Position numbers and translations under genes: made by a program
DNA from: Octopus sinensis
Taxonomy: Eukaryota
Assembly: GCF_006345805.1 (NCBI RefSeq)
Contig: NC_043009.1
Coordinates: 1,116,001 to 1,180,000, forward strand
Direction of reading: 5' to 3'
DNA length: 64,000 bases
Notes under the pieces: model-generated
The model's database searches: none
What the model saw: the letters and a program-made list of their open reading frames with translations, nothing else
Told to the model about the DNA's origin: nothing
Shown: positions 24,750 to 37,165 of the stretch, piece after piece
How positions within the stretch are numbered: the first letter of the stretch is position 1
Layout of the letters: each line of letters opens with the position of its first letter

Positions 24750-26912
24750 TATATGAAAAAACAAGTCAAGATAGAAAATGCTTAAATAATTTTATTAAGA
24801 ATATTTCAGTACCGGTTTCGGTCATTTTGAGACCTTTTCAACTGTAACGATTAAATAATTAAATTTAGAAAAATTAAAAGAAAAGTTTTTTTAAGGGAAT
24901 ATTTGTATAGTGTTCAAATATAAGTGGCATTTTCCTTGTTTCTGCCTTTCTCTGTCTCTCTTGTTTGCACTTGTGGGTTCCAGGTCGTTGTGAATTCTTG
25001 GTAGGGTAGAAGAAGAAGGTTGATGAGGAGAGGGTGTGGAAAAATTTGGGAGTGCCTTGATGGTCGTATTTTGAATGGTCAGTGACAGTTAGCAGTCAGT
25101 GACAGTTAGCTAGCAGTTGCAGTTCAATTCAGGAGAATATTTCTATTGAAAGGTTTGTTTATGGAATTTGCTTAGGTGTTATACTATAAAGCATTAGTGA
25201 TAAAGTTAAGAGGTAGAAGGTGGAGCAGAAGAAGAAGAAGAAGATGACGATGATGATGATGATGGTGATGATAATGATGACGACGATGATGATAATGATG
25301 ATGATGAGGAAGAAGAAGAAGAAAGAGAAGGGAGAATATGAATGAGTGGAAGTAGTGAGGTGTTGTATGACTTGAAGTTGGCACGTTATGGGTTATAGCT
25401 GTGATTGGGGCTGATTTGTAATGGATTCTTTGGAATGTAATATTTGCGTGTGTATTTGTGTTATTCTAAAGCTGAGGTGTATAAATCGTTTGTCGTAGAC
25501 CCGTTAAGAAGTGGCCTGTATTTTGTAATAAAGAGAGTTTCTTTACTTATTCGTTGTCTCGAGGTTGTATCGTCCCTAAATTGGTAGAGGGGGAAAATCC
25601 TGAAGCCTGGTGTTTTGTTGTTGGCGCAAGTATCTATATGTTGGCTGAAAGCTATTTTTCTGTTTTGGGGAATTTTTATCTGGGATCTGTGCAGGGCCAT
25701 TCTTTTACGCAAACTATTTTTTGTTTGACCTATGTACTGCTCTTGACACCCAGAGCAGGTTAGTGTGTATATCAGGTTCTCCGAAGCACATGTGAAGTTG
25801 CTTTTCACTGTAAACCGTTGTCCCTGTTTGAAGGAGAACTCTGATCCCTCAATTAGATAATCGCATATCCCGCAATTGGGTCTTCCACATTTTTTTACTG
25901 TGGCTTCTGTGTTGAAGAGTGTATTCGGGCTTGTGTTAGGAGACTTTTCATAGATTTAGGCTGTCTCTTGCTTTTTATGATCGTGTGTGTTTGGAGGATT
26001 GTGTTCATTCTGTGGTCTTTTTTTAGGAGGTGTATGGCTTGGAGGATGGTGCCGAAGGCTTCATTGTTGAGAGGGTTGTGTGTGGAGATGTATGGTAAGG
26101 CTTTTGGTCGTAAATTTTTCTTTGATTTGGGATGTCTCAGTTCCTGGATGTTGAGTTGGAGGGCACGTTGAATGCACATGTCAATAAGTGAAGGTGGGTA
26201 GTTCCTGGTGATGAGGGTATCTTTTAGTTCTTGTAGCCGTGTGTCTCTGGTGTTTGCATTAGAAACTATAGTGCATATCCTTTTTGCTAGATTGAAGGGG
26301 ATATTCATTCTGGTGTGTCTGGGGTGGCATGAATTGAATGGAAGATATTGCTTAGAATCTGTAGGCTTATAATATATGTCTGTTTCTATTACATTGTTGC
26401 TGGCTATATTCCATCGTGAATTGGATGTTTACGTCCAGTCCGTTTAAAATTTCCTGGAATTCTATGAGTTTTTGTCGGTAGAAGTTGTCTTTGAAGGCGA
26501 AGAAGTTATTTTCCAGGATGAATTTAACCCCTTCTATCACGAATTCTTTTTTGATGCGATGTGGTAGTTCGTTGGCGTGATTCTCTAGCCAGAATTGGAT
26601 TGCCTCTAGTCCTAGGTTGTGGGGGATATTGGAGTAGAGGTTGACTACATCGAAGGATACCAGTAGGGTGTTTTTGTTTATAGTATTCGGTAGGTGATTG
26701 AGCATATCCAAATCGTCCCTTATATAGCTTTTGACATGTTTGAGGAGTGGTTTTAACAGGGTGTCTAAAAAGTTACTGAGGCGGTGGGTTTTGCATGCGG
26801 GACCTGCTATTATGGGTCTCAATTTGAGGTCATTAGGATTAGGGACTTTAATTATTTTGTCTGTAGCTATCTTGCATGCGTTACTTATTTTCTCACTTTT
26901 GTGTATCTTAGG
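24750..26912 (-). mobile_element. Penelope-like element, internally deleted and 5'-truncated; RT, GIY-YIG endonuclease, 3'UTR
   Basis: PKIHK...LRPIIAG, LVSFDVVNLYSNIP, SCHPRH, KCGRPNCGIC, NLIYTLTC...YIGQT...RMALH. Confidence 0.92.
24805..24848 (-). ncRNA. Minimal type-I hammerhead ribozyme motif (U3-A8 variant)
   Basis: cag-TTGAAAA-ggtc(tcaaaat)gacc-GAAA-ccgg-TA-ctg at the PLE 3' end. Confidence 0.7.
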
Positions 26913-27497
26913 TCATAGTGTTGTAGGAGCTGAGTTAAGCAGCTTCTTCTTGGTCGGAAACCATGTTGGGTGTCAGGCAGCAAGTCATTTTCTTCAAGGA
27001 AGGTGATCAGTTTCCTTCTGACTATTCGTTCCATGACCTTGCTGATGTGTGAGGTCAGAGAGATAGGTCTGTAGTTCTTGGCCTCCGCTCTGCTACCTCC
27101 TTTATGAATAGGGCATATTTTACCTTCCTTCAGTTTTCTTGGAAGTTTGCCAGTTGCAAGGAAGCTTTGAAAGAGGAACTGCAGTGGTCTTCCTAGGACT
27201 CTCTTACATACTTTTAGGAGGATTGCCGGGAATCCATCGGGGCCAGTAGCTGAGTCTGTTTTCATTTCATCTATAGCCTTGGTTACATCGTCTTCCTTTA
27301 TATTGATGTAATCAATCATCGCTGCCTCTGATTTTATATCTGCAGTGGTAAAGAAGTCAGTTGGATTGGTGATTTGGAAATGCCCAAGGGGTGGAGTGAA
27401 AACACTTTTGAATTGCTCATTCAGTATTTCACTTACCCTCATTGGATTTCCTGTGAGTGTGTCATCCTTTTCAAGGAGTGGCCTTATCCTACAGTGC
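26912..27497 (-). mobile_element. Internal CR1 ORF2 fragment (homologous to 31170-31760) fused to the PLE
   Basis: Near-identical translation SATGPDGFPAILLK...KNYRPISLTSHISKVMER...QHGFRP. Confidence 0.92.
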
Positions 27498-27524
27498 AAC
27501 GTATATATACATATATATATACAT

Positions 27525-28024
27525 ATACATACTTTTCCTTCTTGGGACACAAAACTCCACTTGTGAAGACCCGTTGAAGCAAGTGAAAATCAAAATCAAA
27601 ATCAAATCAAATCAGATATCAGAAAGCAGAACCAAAATCGAAGTCGATCAACATCATTGGAAATTACAGCTGTGGTACCAGTTCCGGTGACAAGTAAGCG
27701 AACCATCCGATTGTCGCCGTTGCTAGCGACCCCCCGACTGGCCTCCGTGCCGGTGGCATGTAAAAAGCACCATCCGATCGTGGCCGTTGCCAGCCTCGCC
27801 TGGCCCCCGTGCCGGTGGCATGTATAAAGCACCATCCTTCCGTGGCCAGCCCCGTCTGTGTGGGTGGCATGTAAAAAGCACCCACTACACTCACGGAGTG
27901 GCTGGCGTTAGGAAGGGCATCCAGCCGTAGAAACACTGCCAGATCAGACTGGGCCTGGTGCAGACCCCGGTTGAACCGTCCAACCCATGCTAGCATGGAA
28001 AGCGGATGCTAAACGATGATGATA
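27525..28024 (+). mobile_element. RTE 3'UTR-only copy with minisatellite; similar copies at 14270-14445 (-), 34320-34630 (-), 35630-35865 (-), 37165-37545 (+), 42650-42865 (-), 44420-44755 (+)
   Basis: Same ggttggcgttaggaagggcatccagc...gacgttaaacgatgat end as the RTE at 3800-4062. Confidence 0.85.
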
Positions 28025-28147
28025 CATATACACATATATACATATACACATATATACTCATATACATATATATACATATATACACATACATATATACATA
28101 TACATATATATACATATATATACATATATATACATATATACACATAT

Positions 28148-28181
<34 letters not shown>

Positions 28182-28488
28182 ATACATATATATATATATA
28201 CATATACATATATATATACATATATATACATATACATATACATATACACATATACATATATATACATATACACATATACATATATATATACATATATATA
28301 TACATATATATATATATACATATATATATACACACATATATATATATATATTATACATATATATATACACACATATATTATATATATATATATATACATA
28401 TATATACACACATATATATATATAATACATATATATACACACATATATATACATATATATATACATATATATATACACACATATATAT

Positions 28489-28527
<39 letters not shown>

Positions 28528-28540
28528 CACACATATATAT

Positions 28541-28583
<43 letters not shown>

Positions 28584-28645
28584 CATATATACACATATAC
28601 ATATAGATATATATATACATATATAATATATATATATATATATAT
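28021..28645. repeat. Compound (TA)/(TACA)/(TATACA) microsatellite
   Basis: Direct reading. Confidence 0.97.
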
Positions 28646-29040
28646 AAAACTGAAATGCGTTTCTACCGCTTGGATCGCTTTCAATGCCACTACGTCCCGT
28701 CCGATTCGCTCCAAAATTTACATGGACATGTAGAAGGAGGTGACGATGCTCGTGGGCTACCTTAGAAATCCCTATCTTCATAGGTGTGGTTGCTAGGGGC
28801 CATCTTCCTCACTCACGCTATTTCCTCCTTTCCCTCTCTTACTCCCCTTTATTTATAACTTTGAGAGGTCCACTACCGTTATTTAAAGTATCTGTCACTC
28901 TCGCTATTTCCTCTCTTTTTCACTGACTCTGTTTCCTACCTTCACATCACATCGCCGGCGTTCTTTTAAGTATCTGTCTGTCACCAACAACACACGAGCA
29001 TGAGAACAAATATTATGAATCAGATATTCTTGCGTTCATT
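28646..29040 (+). mobile_element. Unclassified non-autonomous element, possibly a Helitron-like 5' part
   Basis: (TA)n-aaaactgaaatg start and ccgatt..ccaaaattt motif; weak support. Confidence 0.3.
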
Positions 29041-29360
29041 TATATATGTGTGTGTGTGTGTGTGTGTGTTCTATATATAAATATGTATATATAATGTATA
29101 TATACAAAGTGTATATATCTGTATTTATGTATATTAAACTTTTTCATACTTTTTCATAGTTATATATATTTTTAAACAAATTATAAATATAATTTAATAA
29201 TTTTTATTTTCAATTTAAATAATTTAAATTTTTCAATTTTATATTTTATATATTATTTTTTTTTTTGTGTTTGTTTTTGGTTTTTCACTGTTTGATTTGC
29301 CTATTAGTGGTTTTATCTCTAATTTAATTTATACAGATATATATCTCATTTGTATACATT

Positions 29361-32300
29361 TGATGAAAGAAGTCACCCCCACCTGGTGATGAAAGAAGTC
29401 ACCCCCACCTGGTGGACACCCGGGAAGAGGTTTTGAGTGAGAAACCTGCCCGGGAAGTGAACCCAAGTGCAAGTGCTCCTACCGGCAGCAAGGGCCATGG
29501 AGATGGAGAACCCAGGGAAGAAGTAGAGGGAGGAAGGACTAAAAGAACTGAAAGAAAAGCTCAAGCTGGACCAAAGGGTGAAACAGCCAGGAATGGAAGT
29601 GGAACCACAAAGGATGGAAACAAACAGCGCACACGGGTGTGTATGTTCTACCTGAGAGGTACCTGCTGGCATGGAGAGGAAGGTGCAGGCTGCCGCTTTG
29701 CACATCGGGGACCCTGTCGCAGAGACACGAAACAGATAAGAAACAAACCATCAACACAAGGAAAAGGGAAGGTCCACGCACCACCTGCCCCAAAGCGGAG
29801 GTACGCAGATGTGGTGCGTGCCACAAACCGCCAACATGATGTTGTTGAAAGGGCAGCTGCTGAGCAAGAATCTTTTTTGTGCATGGCACAAAAGATTGTA
29901 CAGCAGCTAACCTGGCTTCATCAAACCCAAGCTCGCAGATGGGACTACCCTCAATATACAAGACCACCACAGCAAACAGACCCAAGGTGGACACCGCCGG
30001 CAACAACATACACCTCACCTCGATGCTCCTACTGAACATCAGAGGGCTGCAAACACTCAGTAACAGGACAAAAATCCCGTTCTTGAGAGACTTTGTTGCA
30101 TGCAATCAAGCCTTATGCATAGCACTTACGGAAACGCACCTGAAACCGGACATAGCAGATGCGGAATTACACATACCACAGTATGTTGTACTATGGACCG
30201 ACAGAAAAGAAAGGAGTCATGGAGGAGTTGCTATGTACATCTGTGAGGACCTCACACCCCAGGTCCTTTTGTCATACTCAAACTCGGTGTGTGACACACT
30301 AATTGTACATATAAGGCAACTTGATGTAGTTGTGTGTGCTATATATCGCCCTCCAGATGCCCCAAGTCATGTAGGCAAGTTTGAAGACTGCCTTATAAAA
30401 ATAGAAGTTCTGATTACATTAGAACAACACATAAGTGTACTTCTTATGGGAGACTTCAATCTACCCAATGTCAGATGGCCCGAGGGCCTTTCTCTCCCAG
30501 GAATGACAAGATGTGAACGAGGACAGGCGAGGTCCCTCCTGAACCTCATCAACACCCTGTACATGGAGCAAGTAATACTCCAACCAACCAGGGCAGGTAA
30601 CACACTGGATCTCTGCTTCACAAATAATATGGATCTCATCCATAATATGAAAGTGACACCGACACTACTCTCGGATCACAACATGATAGAGCTGACCATG
30701 TACGGGCCAAAGGAAAGCATGGACATGCAGCCTACAAGAAACCCTCAGAATCTTTCCAGCTTGAACTTCCATAAGGCAAACTGGAAACAAATTGAGAAAG
30801 AGATCCTCAAACAAAACTGGCCTGAATGTCTCTCCTCGCCAGACATCGACGTGAAACTTCAACAATTCATGTCTGTAATGCAAGCCATATGCTACAAATG
30901 TGTCCCAGAGAGAAAGGCCACTGTACACAAGAACAAAATCCCCAGAGAGAGGAAAATTTTAATGAGACGGCGTACAAAAATTTCAAATCGCCTAAACAAA
31001 CAAATTGAAAGCAGTGAAAAGTCCCGCCTGAAAATAAAACTGTTGGAAATTGAAAAATGTCTGCAACTCTCCCATGAAAAGGAAAGAGCAGACAAAGAAG
31101 CCTGGGCTATAGACAACATAAAATCTAACCCCAGAGCTTTCTACAGGTATGCCAAAGAAACAGCTACAGTGCACTGTAGAATAGGGCCACTCCTCGAAAA
31201 GGATGGCACACTTACAGGAAAACCAATGAGGGTAAGTGAAATACTGAATGAGCAATTCAAGAGTGTTTTCACTCCACCCCTTGGGCATCTCCAAATCACC
31301 AATCCAACTGACTTTTTTACCACTGCAGATATAAAATCAGAGGCGGCGACGATAGATTACATCGATATAAAGGAAGACGATGTAACCAAGGCTATAGATG
31401 AAATGAAAACAGACTCAGCTACTGGCCCCGATGGATTCCCGGCAATCCTCCTAAAAGCATGTAAGAGAGTCCTAGCAAGACCACTGCAGTTCCTCTTTCA
31501 GAGCTTCCTTGCAGCTGGCAAACTTCCAGGAAAACTGAAGGAAGGTAAAATATGCCCTATTCATAAAGGAGGTAGCAGAGCGGAGGCCAAGAACTACGGA
31601 CCTATCTCTCTGACCTCACACATCAGCAAGGTTATGGAACGAATAGTCAGAAGGAAACTAATCACCTTCCTTGAAGAAAATGACTTGCTGCCTGACACCC
31701 AACATGGTTTCCGACCAGGGAGAAGCTGTTTAACTCAGCTACAACACTATGACTGGGTGCTGAAACGACTGCTCAACCACTCAAATGTGGAAGTGATATA
31801 TCTCGACTTTGCAAAGGCCTTTGATAAAGTCGATCATGGAATGATATGTCACAAACTGCGTGATCTCAACATAGTTGGAAAGCTGGGAGAATGGCTTCAT
31901 GACTTTCTGAAAGATAGAAGTCAGGTGGTAGTAGCCAATTTGTGGTAGGGCCACTTCCATTAACACGCAAATAGTGAGCGGTGTTCCGCAGGGCACTGTT
32001 TTGGGACCACTACTGTTCATAATGGCCCTCTCAGACATGCCCTCAGCCACGCAGAGAGCCACGATCACAAGTTATGCAGATGATACAAAAGTTTCACAGG
32101 CAATACAGAACCCTGAGGACACTAAACGCCTGCAATGTGAGCTGGACAAAATATACAAGTGGGCTGAAAAGAATAGCATGCAGTTCAATGCTGAAAAGTT
32201 TCAAGCTTTATACTATCAGCATGCAAAACTAAATGCAATACCCAATGAATACACTGGACCCGGAGGAATTGCAATCCCAGAGGCACAATCAGTGCGTGAC

Positions 32301-33076
32301 CTGGGTATTTACATGAGTGATGACGCAACCTTTCGTGTACATGTTGCTAAACTGGCAATGAAATGTAGACGACTGGCCGGATGGATTCTCAGAACCTTTA
32401 GAACAAGAGAACAAGAAACCATGATGGTCTTCTGGAGGACACTTGTCCTAACCCACTTTGACTATTGCTCTCAGCTATGGTCACCATCCAGTGTCAAGTT
32501 GATCACAGAACTTGAGGCGATCCAATGTAGCTACACGAAGAAGATAGCCTCTATGCAGAATATAAGCTACTGGGAAAGACTCAAGAGATTAAAACTCTAT
32601 TCCTTGGAGCGTAGGCGAGAAAGATATGCCATAATATACATCTGGAAGATCCTGGAGGGACTTGTCCCAAACTTGGGCATCAAGAGTTACACAAATGTCA
32701 GAACTGGGCACCACTGCGTGGTGCCCATGACTCCAAATTTGTCATCAAGATGTAGGACAAGATACTGCGATAGCCTGGGCTTCCGAGGCCCACAGCTCTT
32801 CAATATCCTCCCGAAGAACCTAAGAGACCTGCATGGGGTGGATGCAGATGTCTTTAAAATGAAACTGGATCTCTTCCTGTCAGGTATCCCAGATGAACCA
32901 ACTTCACGGCAGGACGTGCAGATGAGGGCAGCTGCATCGAACTCTCTCATGCACCAAATGGCAGTTGCTAAAAAGCATTCGTGAAGTAAAACCATGTAGC
33001 AACACCAAATGGCGGTGCCCCAGCATGGCCACAGCTCATGAGCTGAAACTAAAAATCAATCAATCAATCAATCAAT
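29361..33076 (+). mobile_element. CR1-clade LINE, 5'-truncated in ORF1; ORF1 with CCCH finger; ORF2 APE+RT with one frameshift; (CAAT)n tail
   Basis: LNIRGL, LTETHL, YRPP, GDFNLP, LDL, SDH; YLDFAKAFDKV, GVPQGTVLGPLLF, YADD; [14 protein letters not shown]. Confidence 0.95.
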
Positions 33077-33132
33077 TTGTATATATAATGCGTGCACACA
33101 CACACACATATATATACATATATATATATATG

Positions 33133-33505
33133 ATTTTGATTTTGATTTTGATTTTTCCAGTTTCAGCTAATGAGCTGTGGCCATGCTGGGGCACCGCCAT
33201 TTTACCTCACGGATACTATTTTAGCAAACGCCATCTGATGCATGAGAGAGTTCGATGCCCTCATCTGCACCTCCTGCCGTGAAGTTGGTTCATCCGGGAC
33301 ACCTGACAGGAAGAGATCCAGTCCTACTTTAAAGACATCCACACCATGCAGGTCCCTCAGGTTCTTTGGGAGGATATTGAAGAGCTGTGGGCCTCTGAAG
33401 CCCAGGCTATCACAATATCTTGTCCTACATCTTGATGGCAAATTTGGAGTCCTTGGTACTACGCAGTGGCGTCCGGTTCTGACATTTGTGTGACTCTCGA
33501 TATAT
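33133..33505 (-). mobile_element. CR1 3' fragment, tail-to-tail with the long copy; (AAAATC)n tail
   Basis: [22 protein letters not shown] and the same 3'UTR motif. Confidence 0.92.
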
Positions 33506-34699
33506 AATGTGTGCATTACGTAGTCGGTCGATTCAGCTGAAAATATGCACACCTATGTTAAAAGTGCTAGCAAGTTTGCATGACAACTATTTTTTTCCTC
33601 AAATGAAAGGCGTTACCTCTAGGACAAAATTCCTCATCTTATAAAATGTGGCCCAGTAACCGAATGAAATCGGGTTATATTAACCAAAATGTGAAAAGGG
33701 GTCTAAATGGGGCTGGAAGGGGATTAAAATTTCAAGGAGCGGGTGTTTAGGAATTCTCTGTTACATCAAGCTAAAAAATTTGTGCCAGCCTTTTAATCGT
33801 CAATGTGTTGCCGTCCATGATAAAGAAGTTTTGAATGCTTGCCATGGTGAGTCTACCATCGTGAGAAAGAATCACTTCAAAACTTGGTGTTTACGATTTT
33901 TCTTTTACATCAAGTTCAAAATTTTACGCCAGCCGTTAAACTGTCAATACGTTGTTGTCCGTCATTAAGAAATGCCAGCCATGGTGACTCTACTATCCTC
34001 AGATTCTATCCCTTCAAACTTTGGTTTCCAATATTTTATTATTTTTATTCAGCTCGCAAGTTCGTCTGTCCCTTTTAAATGTTAGCGTTTTGCTGTCTGC
34101 CTTGAAGCAGACCTTTCCATTGCCACTGCCTCATATTTATGATTGATCTTTCTAAATATTTTATTTCTCAACTTACTCAAGATCTTCTGTTGTTTATAAA
34201 TGGGAGAGAGATAGATAAAGATAGAGAGTAAGAGAAAGCGAGGGAGAGTCCGAGAGAAAAGAAAAGTAAGAGAGTGGGAAGTGAGAGAGAAAGGAGAGAG
34301 AAACAACGACGGAGAATCATCATCATCATCATCGTTTAACGTCCGTTTTCCGTGCTAGCATGGGTTGGACAGTGTGACCGGGGTCTGGGAAGCCTGGAGA
34401 CTGCACCAGGCTCCAGTCTGATCTGGCAGTGTTTCTACAGCTGGATGACCTTCCTAACGCCAACCACTCTGTGAGTGTAGTGGGTGCTTTTTTTGTGCCG
34501 CCGGCACAGGTACCAGGGGAGCTTGCAGCGGCAACGATAGGTTGGTGCTTTTTACGTGCCACCGGCACAGAAGCAAGTCAAGGCGGCGCTGCAATCGGCC
34601 ACGTTCGGATGGTGCTTTTTACGTGCTGAAAGGAAGCAACAGAAAGTAACAACTACACTCTTACCTGCACGTAGAGCGGGTCACCTTCAGCTAGTATAC

Positions 34700-34743
<44 letters not shown>

Positions 34744-35200
34744 TTACACACACATATATATATATACATATACACATATATACATATATATATATACATT
34801 TACATATACATATATACATATACATATATATATACATATACACATATATATACATATACACATATATACATATACATATATACACATATATAAAAGGGTA
34901 AGGGTAAAGACCCCCTTCGGTCATGAATGACCATGGGATTGCACCTAGAAAGTTACCCTCCTAGACACAAGTCCGGGCAAGGTTGTTTATGGAAGACCAG
35001 CAGTCGCCCATGCATACCAGCCTCCCCTCTCCACGCCACCAGTGTTATCCAAGGGAAAGACAAAGGTCGATACAGCTTGGCACCAGTGACGTCGCAACTC
35101 ATTTCTACAGCTGAGTGAACTCAGAGTGAACACATATATATATACACATATATATATACATATACATATCCATATATATACATATCCATATATATACATA

Positions 35201-35583
35201 CTAGCAGTATCGCCCGGCGTTGCTCAGGTTTGTAAGGGAAATAACTATAAAGCATTTTTAGAGAGTTATAGCCAAAAAGTAGCAAAAAAATGGAAAAAAA
35301 TGATGGTAAATTTTTTCTTGAGATTTAAAAAAGGTGGAGTTGCGTCCCCTAGACAGTTTGTGGTTCGTGTTTCTAATTCTCGACCCCATGTCGAATTTAT
35401 CGATTTTTTTCAGAACTGGGGGAACTTTTCAAAGTTTTTGCTGGGTTAGTTTTGAATTATGACATTGGGCTATGTGTGTGTCAAGTTTCATCAGAATCGG
35501 TTGAAAGCCGTGGTCAGAGTGAGGGTACAAGCAAACAGACACACTGAAACACGCACAGACAAACTGCGGTTTATATAGAGAGA
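35201..35583 (-). mobile_element. Non-autonomous Helitron (383 bp)
   Basis: A|TC 5' end; GC-rich hairpin cctgagcaacgccggg followed by CTAG|T 3' end. Confidence 0.8.
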
Positions 35584-35861
35584 TATATATATACATATAT
35601 ATACACACATATACATACACATATACATATCATCATCATTTAGCGTCCGTTTTCCATGCTAGCATGGGTTGGACGGTTTAACTGGGGTCTGTGAAGCCGG
35701 AAGGCTTCATCAGGCCCAGTCAGAATTGGCAGTGTTTCTACGGCTGGATGCCCTTCCTAACGCCAACCACTCCATGAGTGTAGTGGGTGCTTTTACATGC
35801 CACCGGCACAGGGGCCAGGGGAGGCTGGCAATGGTCACGAGCGGATGGTGCTTTTACGTGC

Positions 35862-35996
35862 CATATATATATACATATACACATATACATATATACATAC
35901 ATATATATATACACATATATGTACATACATATATATATACACATATATATACATACATATATATATACACATATATACATACACATATATATACAC

Positions 35997-36061
<65 letters not shown>

Positions 36062-36449
36062 CATTTATCATATATATACATACATATATAACATAAATAT
36101 ATATATTATATATATATATATATTATATATATAATATATACACATATACATACATATACATGCATATATATACATATATATATATATACATGCATATATA
36201 TACATACATATATATATACATACATATATATATATACATAATATATATATATATATATATAATACCATATATACATACATATATATATATATACATACAT
36301 ATATAATATATACATACATATATACATATACATTTAGATATACACATATAAATATATATATAATATATATACACATATACATACTATATATACACATATA
36401 TATATATACATATACTATTATATATATACATATAATATATATATTATAC

Positions 36450-36485
<36 letters not shown>

Positions 36486-36634
36486 CATAATATAATATAT
36501 AATATATATATATAATATTATATATAATATACATATATATCTATATATATACATATATATATACATATACATATAGATACATATAATATATATACATATA
36601 ATATATATAACAATTACATATATATATACATATA

Positions 36635-36713
<79 letters not shown>

Positions 36714-36985
36714 CATATACATATCTATATACATATTATATATATATTATATACATATATATATATATATAAATTATATATACATATATATATATATAAT
36801 ATAAACTATAATATATATACATATATATACCATATACTATATATATATAATATATAATACATATACATATATATAACATATATATAATATACATATATAT
36901 ATATATACACTATATATATATACATAATATATAACATATATACACATATATATATACATATATATATATATACATATATATATAT

Positions 36986-37034
<49 letters not shown>

Positions 37035-37165
37035 CATACTATATACATATATATAACATTATATATATATATACATTATATCATATATACATATATATAT
37101 AATATACATATATATACTATATATATATCTATATCCATATATATACATCTATATATATATATACA
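35862..37165. repeat. ~1.3-kb compound TA-rich microsatellite
   Basis: Direct reading. Confidence 0.97.

Noticed and set aside
25180-25330. His-rich ORF
   Set aside because: (CAT/CTT)n repeat within the PLE 3'UTR.
27990-28781. Long ORFs of YIYIH/CIYMY (also 35.7-37, 39.8-41.1, 42.1-43.2, 60.4-60.9 kb)
   Set aside because: Translations of stop-free microsatellites.
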